Shown here: positions 21,121 to 28,833 of the stretch, one piece after another
How the letters are laid out: the number at the start of each line of letters is the position of its first letter
Position numbering within the stretch: the first letter of the stretch is position 1
NCBI GenBank assembly: GCA_002269645.1
Contig: NIVC01000774.1
Location: forward strand, 128,584-157,416
Direction of reading: 5' to 3'
Source of the DNA: Macrostomum lignano
Taxonomy: Eukaryota
DNA length: 28,833 nt
Notes under the pieces: generated by a model
Database searches by the model: none
What the model saw: only the letters and a program-made list of their open reading frames with translations
Told to the model about the DNA's origin: nothing
Position numbers and translations under genes: made by a program

Positions 21121-21365
21121 CATAAGTTGGCAAACTTTTTATCTTAAGGGCCAGATAGAGAACTTAGAGCATGACTACAGTCCTAGAGATGAGGGAATAA
21201 AAAGGAGATATAGGAAAGGAAAGGTAAGGGAATAATAGAGCACAGAGAAGATGAGAGGAAAAAAGAGATAAATTAGGTAGAGAGTAGAAAAGAGGAGAGG
21301 GAGAAGAGGAAAAAGAGAGGAAAGGAGAGAGAAAATAAGAGAGAAAAAAGAGAGAAAAGATGAGA
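21121..21365 (+). mobile_element. Decayed Charlie-like hAT terminus followed by a GA-rich tract
   Basis: cataagttggcaaactttttatcttaagggccagatagag resembles CAGGGGTCGGCAAACTTTTT...AAGGGCCAGATAG termini and shares gggccagatagag plus a GA tract with the element at 10622. The other end was not found. Confidence 0.45.
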
Positions 21366-22275
21366 GTGTTGTGGCACTGATGATTAATAAAGCATTTTAT
21401 TAATTGTAAAATATTCCTATAGATATGCGAAGGGATTTGTGCATTACAGGTATAAGCTTGAAGCCAGCGAATGCTAGGAAAAATTTACAAGCACATAAAA
21501 GAGCTAAGAGCTCATTTTGAATTAAGAACTTGTAGTAATTTGTGTCTCACAACTTCAATCTAATTCATCAAAAAAGTGGAGAACACAATAGAAGAGAAGA
21601 AAAAAGAGAAAAGTGCTGAAAAAAGACAAACATTGAGTGGGCTAGATTACTATTGTAGAGTTTCTAAGGACCAAATGGAGAGTTGTTGAAATAGAGTGGC
21701 TTGAGTTGAGTTTTGTGTGTTGTGCAACTTGGGGTACTATGTAAGAGGCAAGCAACCAATGTATAGCATTTTAGTTGATCAACTAGCCCTTGCATTATTA
21801 GCTTTTGTCACTAAATTTGAGATTTCAAGCAATTAGGAAAAAATTAAAAAATAATATGTGGTTAAACAAGTCATATGATTTGGTCCCTCATTTGATTGCA
21901 GTGTGCATAAGCCTTTAGATATTATAAACTGGAACACCAAAAAGCAATCTAGGGTACTGAAATACTAAGCACCAAAAACATGGGTGCCAAAAGCATAGAA
22001 ACTAATATTACTTATACTACCCCTTAGGTTGAGTCTAGGTGATACACTGTCACTTTCTCTGCCACTTTTTTGTATGCTAGCAGATAAAATGACTTTAAAA
22101 ATAGAAGTAAAACTAGCCAAAGGGCTTGTTACCTTAATTCCATCAATTGGTTATTCTATACAAAAAAAATATATGGCAATCTTTATCATAAAAATTTTAA
22201 TTGTAGCATTTTTTCTCATTTCTTATTTAGATTTTGATTTCAATATCTCCTAAGCATCCTCCAATAGCAAAAAAT

Positions 22276-22435
22276 CTTAGCAATTTCCCCAGTAAGCCTT
22301 GACATCTCAATAATTCTCCCAGTTAGCCTTGACAACTCAGTAATTCCTCCAATTAGTCTTGACAACTCAGCAACTCCACTAAACCTTGACATCTAAGGAA
22401 TTCCCCTAGTAAATCTTGACATCTCAGCAATTCTT
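22276..22435. repeat. Degenerate ~30-bp tandem repeat, ~5 copies
   Basis: (c/t)cttgaca recurs at ~22297, 22327, 22357, 22384 and 22414. Looser ccctttagcagtctgcag-like repeats continue to ~22980. Confidence 0.75.
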
Positions 22436-24140
22436 AAGATATCCTACAACAACCTGAAATTATTCCTTCTAATCCTACAAAACAGACTACAGTCATACTC
22501 TTAGCAGCCTATAGTCTACAACTTTTTAAAACTTTTAATGTTTATTAAGCATTTATCCTTTTAGCAGCCTAAAACTCCCCCCTTTAGCAAACCACAATAA
22601 TTCACTAGGCAGTAACAGTAAGCAGTAATCCCCTTAACAACCTCTACTTAATCTTCCACAGTTTTTACCCACTCAAAACTTAATAGTTAGTTATCCTTTT
22701 CAGAAGTCTGCCATCATCCTCCAAGCAGTCTGCAGTTATCCCCCTTAGCAATTTGCAGCTATACACTTATAAGTCCAGAGGAATTACCTTAGTAGTTTGT
22801 CATTTGTCCCCTTTGCAGTCTGCAATGATCCCTTTAACAATCTTTGATTCTCCTCAGTAGCCTGTAGTCATTCTATTTGTATATTACAACTATTCCTTTA
22901 ACAATTCTTATTTATCCTTTCAGCAGTATGTAGTTCTCCTCTTGGCTAGCACTTTAGTCTCTTAGCAAACTGAAATGATCCTTTCAATAATCAAATTTTT
23001 TTAGCATTTAGTATAGCTCACTAATCAATTTTTGACACTGTACAACTTAAAATTTAGCAATATACTCAATATCAGTTTAAATATATTTAGCAGCATTGTT
23101 GTAATTTAGTAATTTCATACTTTCATAGAGCTAGGCAATACCTATTGATGGATCAGTAATACTTAGGCAATTTTTTACAAAAAAATTTGCCTAGTAGACT
23201 TATGCCAAATAGCAAAAATAATATTTTAAGTGTACCTTGCTAAAATAAAAAATGTCCAATTTTCATTACAAGCTACAAATGAATGAATAAATTCAATTTT
23301 AATTGTCCCTTGGCAGGTAACTCAAACTTGGGACCTTACACATAGTCTAAACTAGTGCTAATGCCTATAGTATAGACAATTCCACCTATTGATAATAGGG
23401 CAAGAAAATCAGCCATATTGCTTTGCCACTGCAGTCAAATACATAACAATGATAGGTTACTCAGTGTGCACAGGTTGTGTGTAGGCAGAGCCTAAGTGCA
23501 GTTGAATGAGCTATATTAATAGCTATTTTATATATATTTTGCTAGTTAGCCAGGGTCAGAATACACATACACATACACATACATTTTTATAAAGCATTTG
23601 AAATGGACTTGACCTGCTTATCATAGTATTATACAAAGATCTATGTTCAGATAATAGCAAATAAGAGTAACAGTCTCTATTTTATTAACTTAGAATATAT
23701 AACCAACTATTGTTAAAAAGAGAAAGAAAGAGAAAGAGAAATGAATCAAAGAGAATATCAAAGAGAAAGATATGAATTATTTCATTATAGGACTCTGTTA
23801 TAGACTGTTTACTAACCATAAAAGATTTTGAAAGACTTTCTAGGAAAGCCATTATTGTGATTTGATTAATGGTATATTTCTTGTACTTTAAGTCTTAATA
23901 ATTTAGGCATGCATAGACTTAATAAGTCAATTTTCAGTCATTCAATCAAATCAATAAATCAAAAATGAAATCAGTCCAGCTAAATGTCCACTCGCAGTTG
24001 AAAAGTTGCAGGTCACAGGTGATGCTTGCATGAAATGTTAAATTGTATACTATATGCTTTGTTATACTAGAGCCTATTTTACATGTCTGGTAGGGGCATC
24101 AGGTTTGTATCTAGGCCCTTAAATCTTATTTTTACTCTTT

Positions 24141-24500
24141 CATGGCCTAGTGGTCTAGCGCGGTGCTCTCATGTGCCAGTGGTCCAGTTTGGGGCTGAAT
24201 TGGAATCTCGGCTTGGCTCTGCTCGTGCAATTAATGCCCTTGAGGGCCAACCCCAAGGCACAGTGAAGTGTACATGCCTAACGATAAATAAAGTTAAGGG
24301 CCGCTGTACACTCCTGTGTGAGTGTGTGCCTGTGCGTATGACTGCGTACGTACGTATCCGCGCGCTTGTGTGCCTGCTCAGGGAAGTCGGCGGAATAATG
24401 GGCAGTAATGCCTCTCGTCGGTTGTGTGACAATGTCGCTTAAAGTGCGCCAGCGTGTCCACAGCCCCTGCCTATAGATTTAGATTTTTTATAAAATAATA
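24141..24500 (+). mobile_element. tRNA-derived SINE, family B, copy B3
   Basis: A box tggcctagtgg; the B box is eroded. The body aligns closely with the reverse complement of 25056-25396. Confidence 0.85.
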
Positions 24501-25055
24501 AATCTGTACCATTCTAGTAACGGAACGCGGCATGTTCATTGTAGCTGATTCACAACCTCACATTGCATTTAGCGATGCCAATAAAAATGGAAAATGCTAC
24601 TAAAAAGAGAGGAGAGACCAAACAGATTTTTTTAGCTTTTTTTCTTTGCGTGAAAATTGCTGCCCGGAGTTGCTGGCTCTGTCCGCTGTGTGTATTGCGC
24701 TGCACAGTTGACTGCAGGGACACGGATCTGCGCAGCTGGTCTAGGATTTCTTAAGGCCACCAGACTTTGTCTTAATGCCGCTAGCTGCATAAACAGATTC
24801 TTTCTTGGGAATGCTTTGGGAGACAAGCCAATGGAATAAGTTCAGTGCAGGCGAAGGTTAGCTAGATAAGGTAGCTGCCTGCTGTTTCTGTTGTGTACTT
24901 GTTTGGCTTTCCAGCGTCTAGCTAAGGTCAAGTAGCCCGGCCTGTCTGCGGTATAACTACCAAAAATCATGTGCTTCTGGATAATTGCATCAGTGCATGT
25001 GAAAAATGATCTAGCAAAACGTGTCACTCGTAACAAGGTGACTGACAGCAGCTGT

Positions 25056-25396
25056 TAATTAATATTATTATAGGACGGGCTGTGTGCACCCTGGCGCACT
25101 TTTAGCGACTGTCAACCGGCGAGAGGCATTACTGCCCATTCTTCCATCGACGCCCCCTGAGCAGGCACACAAGCGCGCGGATACGTAGGCAGTCATATAC
25201 ACACAGGCACACACTCACACAGGAGTGTACAGCGGCCCTTAACTTTATTTATCGTTAGGCATGTACACTTCACTGTGCCTTGGGGGTTGGCCCTCAAAGT
25301 TCCAGGTTAGCCCCAAATTAATGTGGCTGCACTTGGAATCGAGCCTGGGCCGCTGGCATATAAGAGCGCCGCGATAGATCACTGGGCTACGGCCCC
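25056..25396 (-). mobile_element. tRNA-derived SINE, family B, copy B4
   Basis: Head ggggccgtagcccagtga...ggctcgattcc; body and 3' module as in B3; AT-rich tail at 25056-25072. Confidence 0.85.
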
Positions 25397-25530
25397 TCGA
25401 CATTAGTAAAGTTAATATCTGCACCAATAGAAATTCCTGTGAGCTGCACCATGTGTATTACTGCTAATGTTTAAATGTTGATTATTGTATCATGTTGCAT
25501 TTATGCCCAATTAGAACGCGCATCAAATCA

Positions 25531-26001
25531 ATGGCTGGTGACAATTCTTTAAAGTCCTTCACTGTGTGGGTCCTAGTAGCTCTGACCACCGGCGCTAGCG
25601 CGGTTGTCATGACAACAGTATGGCTAACTAAGTACCTTGGCGGATTCGACTGGAACAATGAAAAAGTGTTCAACTACCATCCGCTGTTCATGGTCATCGG
25701 TATGGTGTTTTTGTACGCCAATTCCGCATTGGTTTATCGCGTCTTTCGCAACAGTCGCAAGCCTTTATTGAAGAGTGTGCACGGAATCCATGGCACTCGT
25801 GTTCAGCATAGTAGGCCTAGTTGCTGTGTTTAAGTTTCACAACCTGCCTACCCACAATATACCCAATATGTACAGTCTGCACTCTTGGATCGGCCTAGCG
25901 GTTGTCATCCTGTTCTGCATGCAATGGGTCATCGCTTTTGTCGCGTTCGTATTCCCGACATTGTCGGATTCTCTGCGGGCCTCTTATCTCAGTATGCATC
26001 G
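25531..26001 (+). CDS. CYB561: Cytochrome b561-family (CYB561/CYBRD1-like transmembrane ascorbate-dependent reductase), coding exon 1; frameshift at ~25785
   Basis: MAGDNSLKSF...VFNYHPLFMVIG...LYANSALVYRVFR...LLKSVHG / MALVFSIVGLVAVFKFHN...NMYSLHSWIG...YLSMH(R)|gtatgt. The four canonical haem His are in NYHP, VHG, SLHSW and MHR. The symbol denotes the family. Confidence 0.9.
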
Positions 26002-26047
26002 GTATGTTCATGCCATTTATTACTTATGTCTAGTGCTACTCCTTGAC

Positions 26048-26328
26048 CATCTACCAATGCTTATCTACCAGTGCCACTCCACCTGTGCTTATTTACCAGT
26101 GCCACTCCAATGCTTATCTACCAGTACCACTCCACCAATGCTTATCTACCAGTACCACTCCACCAATGCTTATCTACCAGTACCACTCCACCAATGCTTA
26201 TCTACCAGTGCCACTCCACCAATGCTTATCTACCAGTGCCACTCCACCAATGCCCATCTCCCAGTGCCACTCCACCAATGCTTATCTACCAGTGCCACTC
26301 CACCAATGCCCATCTCCCAGTGCCACTC
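26048..26328. repeat. Intronic minisatellite, 28-bp unit, ~10 copies (cytochrome b561 intron)
   Basis: Unit ccactccaccaatgcttatctaccagt(g/a); period of 28 at 26111, 26139 and 26167. Confidence 0.95.
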
Positions 26329-26373
26329 AAGCAACGCTAACTTGTCATTTCCCCACGCCCAATAACCCCGCAG

Positions 26374-26617
26374 GTTCTGGGGCGCCGGCATATTGTTGGC
26401 TCCGTGGCCAGCTGCCTGCTAGGCCTAACAGAGAAGAATTTCTTCGCTGGCAACTATGCCAAGCTGCCTGACGCTGCCAAGCTGTCGAATTGCCTTGGCC
26501 TGGTGCTCAGCGCCTACGCAATTTTAATTGTCTACATTCTGGCGCGAGGATTTCCGCCGCTTGGAGTCGGCCACCACGCCCGAGCGGGTGGAGCTTCGTC
26601 AAGGCGGAGACAAATAG
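26374..26617 (+). CDS. CYB561: Cytochrome b561 terminal exon; probable frameshifts at ~26398 and ~26545
   Basis: Acceptor ccccgcag|26374 (phase 2). FWGAGILL[G]SVASCLLGLTEKNFF...LSNCLGLVLSAYAILIVYILA then, after a shift, EDFRRLESATTPERVELRQGGDK* (TAG 26615-26617), which matches the family ending I...xFKR. The exact stop is inferred. Confidence 0.8.
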
Positions 26618-27263
26618 ACGCAGAGACAATATTGGGTTTATTCATTTTAGTTATTAGGCAGACAAAATTCTATAAGTATATTTCTTACCATCTAGTATAG
26701 CCTATTAGTGTTAAAAATGCATGGTAGATAGGATAGATCTAGTCTCAATATTATTGGCCTCTAATCATCTAGGCCTTCTGTTTAATCTGTATCCTATTGT
26801 AAATAATCTTTCTCTATGTTATAGTCAAATATAAGTATTAGTTAATGCTCTATAGTATATCGTCTCATTTGATTAATTCGTATATTAAAATATTGTTTAT
26901 TTAATTAGTTACTTTATAACCTTCGCTTTCTCTTTAATATTCCGGTGTTAGGTCCTTAAGTAGTATGTTCGGTGCATGCTTGCTTCAATTCAATTGACCT
27001 TTTATTTAGCCATATGATTATGCGTACAAGAATCAGAACAGAAGTTTTCAGTGCATCTTCAACTATATGTATTTCTTGTGTATCGGCAAAGCAATTTTAG
27101 GCGCTGCTTTTCATCTTATGGTTTTAGGCTGCTTGTGAATAAGTTTCTCTCGATCAACTATTTTCTACTTATTCTGTTTCATTCAATAAGTGTCATTTTC
27201 TTTGAAACACGCTTCATACTGCTGCCTTGGTTACTTCGTTTGCTAGCATTGTATTGTAGCTTA

Positions 27264-27985
27264 TGGGATAGTGGCACCCAGCCATGCACCAAAGTGACTG
27301 CTGTGGATAGTGGCACCCAGCCCATGTACCAAAGTGCCTGCTGAGGATAGTGGCACCCAGCCCGTGCACCAAAGCGCCTGCTGTGGGATAGTGGCACCCA
27401 GCCCATGCACTAAAGTGCCTGCTGTGGAATAGTGGCACCCAGCCCATGCACCAAAGTGCCTGCCGTGGGATAGTGGCACCCAGCTTACCAAAGCGCCTGC
27501 TGTGGGATGTGGCACCCAGCCCATGCACCAAAGTGCCTGCTGTGGGATAGTGGCACCCAGCCCGTGCACCAAAGTGCCTGCTGTGGGATAGTGGCACCAG
27601 CCCATGCACCAAAGTGCCTGCTGAGGGATAGTGGGATAGTGGCACCCAGCCCGTGCACCAAAGTGCCTGCTGTGGTATAGTGGGATAGTGGCACCCAGCT
27701 CACCAAAGCGCCTGCTGTGGGATAGTGGCACCCAGCCCATGCACTAAAGTGCCTGCTGTGGGATAGTGGCACCCAGCCCGTGCACCAAAGTGCCTGCTGT
27801 GGGATAGTGGCACCCAGCCCGTGCACCAAAGTGCCTGCTGTGGGATAGTGGCACCCAGCCCATGCACCAAAGTTCCTGCTGTGGGATAGTGGCACCCAGC
27901 CCATGCACCAAAGTGCCTGCTGGGATAGTGGCACCCAGCCCATGCACTAAAGTGCCTGCCGTGGGATAGTGCACAGTGGCACCCA
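27264..27985. repeat. Minisatellite, 41-bp unit, ~17-18 copies
   Basis: Unit gggatagtggcacccagccc(a/g)tgcaccaaagtgcctgctgt; period of 41 at 27801 and 27842. Confidence 0.97.
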
Positions 27986-28108
27986 GGTCACAAAGGTACA
28001 TTTTACAAATATATGGTGCATTGCCACTCTTCAGCCAGGCATCAGGCTGGTGCGGCAATCCAATTCAGCTCCTGTCAGCCGGGCAAGAGCGCCAATTTGA
28101 GTAGCTGC

Positions 28109-28502
28109 AGTTGCCAGGGCCTATAGTGACTCTCAATCTGGAATGGCAACGGAGAGGAAGCATCGGCGGTTTCCATGACGACGATGATGAAGACGAATTC
28201 GCCTGCCTGCCCTGGCGTCGAATGTCGCCGCTGGTATTCGACGAGCTGCGCCAGCGAACTGGGATCGGCGTTGTCGGCTTCCCCGGCGACGCCAGCGAGT
28301 GTCAGGATCGTCGACGCGATGACGACGACGGCTACATCTGGGAAGACGACATCTTTGAGCAGCCCGCGTCGGCGCCGTGCGGCGCTCTGTGCGGCTCCGT
28401 TCGACAGCCAATTGGATTACTATGACGACGGAGCGGCTGCAGAGGAGCAGACTGGCTGGCAGGGATTCGATAGGAATTCGCTATGCGCTCGCTGCAAGAA
28501 GG
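28109..28502 (+). CDS. Candidate exon of an unidentified acidic protein; frameshift near 28400
   Basis: GC-rich island. ...GGFHDDDDEDEFACLPWRRMSPLVFDELRQRTG...DDDDGYIWEDDIFEQP then FDSQLDYYDDG...FDRNSLCARCKK|gtaagc (donor 28503). The 5' boundary is uncertain and no family was recognised. Confidence 0.45.
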
Positions 28503-28833
28503 GTAAGCAATTCCTGGTATCGTTTGTAGAAAAATAGAGCTGTGAGCTCCTGCACGCGTGGCTAAAAGTTCCCAGTTAATACTGCTCTCAACTGGTATTA
28601 ACCTCTTGCCTCTTAAGTATTAGTATGCAATATTTCTGGCAGACACGAATAAGAAATTCACTTAAAACTATTTTATTACTACTTTTCAGTAGATTATCTA
28701 TCATTATATTGTGACAGATTGCATTTCACCTTCAAAATTTCTTAATTAAATTATCGCTTCCGGTGGCGGCAATGCCACATTTGTGCACCCTGGTTCCACT
28801 CTTTCTTAAGTGCGTTATAATACATGTATTGAA

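Noticed and set aside
21377-21410. Hammerhead ribozyme (CTGATGA followed by a perfect attaataaa/tttattaat stem)
   Set aside because: There is no GAAA after stem II and no matching stems I and III; the AT-rich palindrome is likely chance.

Overview
Eukaryotic (animal) genomic DNA, not prokaryotic. It has GT-AG introns, GC-rich exons in AT-rich introns, tRNA-derived SINEs and minisatellites. The style suggests a Macrostomum-like flatworm long-read assembly, but that is inference only. Most ORFs in the supplied track are artefacts of repeats or antisense frames. Reconstructed by hand: (1) the 3' part of a band 4.1/Yurt-EPB41L5-like FERM gene (+, exons 626-7289); (2) a probably complete 9-exon myosin light chain kinase (MLCK)-family gene (-, 17090 to about 9849; all splice phases consistent) with a calmodulin-binding segment and an unusual ~220-aa Thr/Gly/Ser/Asn/Lys repeat tail; (3) a cytochrome b561-family gene (+, 25531-26617) with all four haem-ligand His; (4) an unidentified acidic exon near the end. 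Several small frameshifts fall in homopolymers or short repeats and look like assembly errors. Interspersed elements are 7 SINE copies (2 CORE-like; 5 sharing an unfamiliar 3' module), two non-autonomous hAT elements with 8-bp TSDs, a TG...CA element with a 4-bp TSD, an RTE-like LINE remnant and five tandem arrays. The most striking unexplained signals are a ~3.8-kb block (20335-24157) almost devoid of CpG, the MLCK repeat tail and the modular, structured SINE family.
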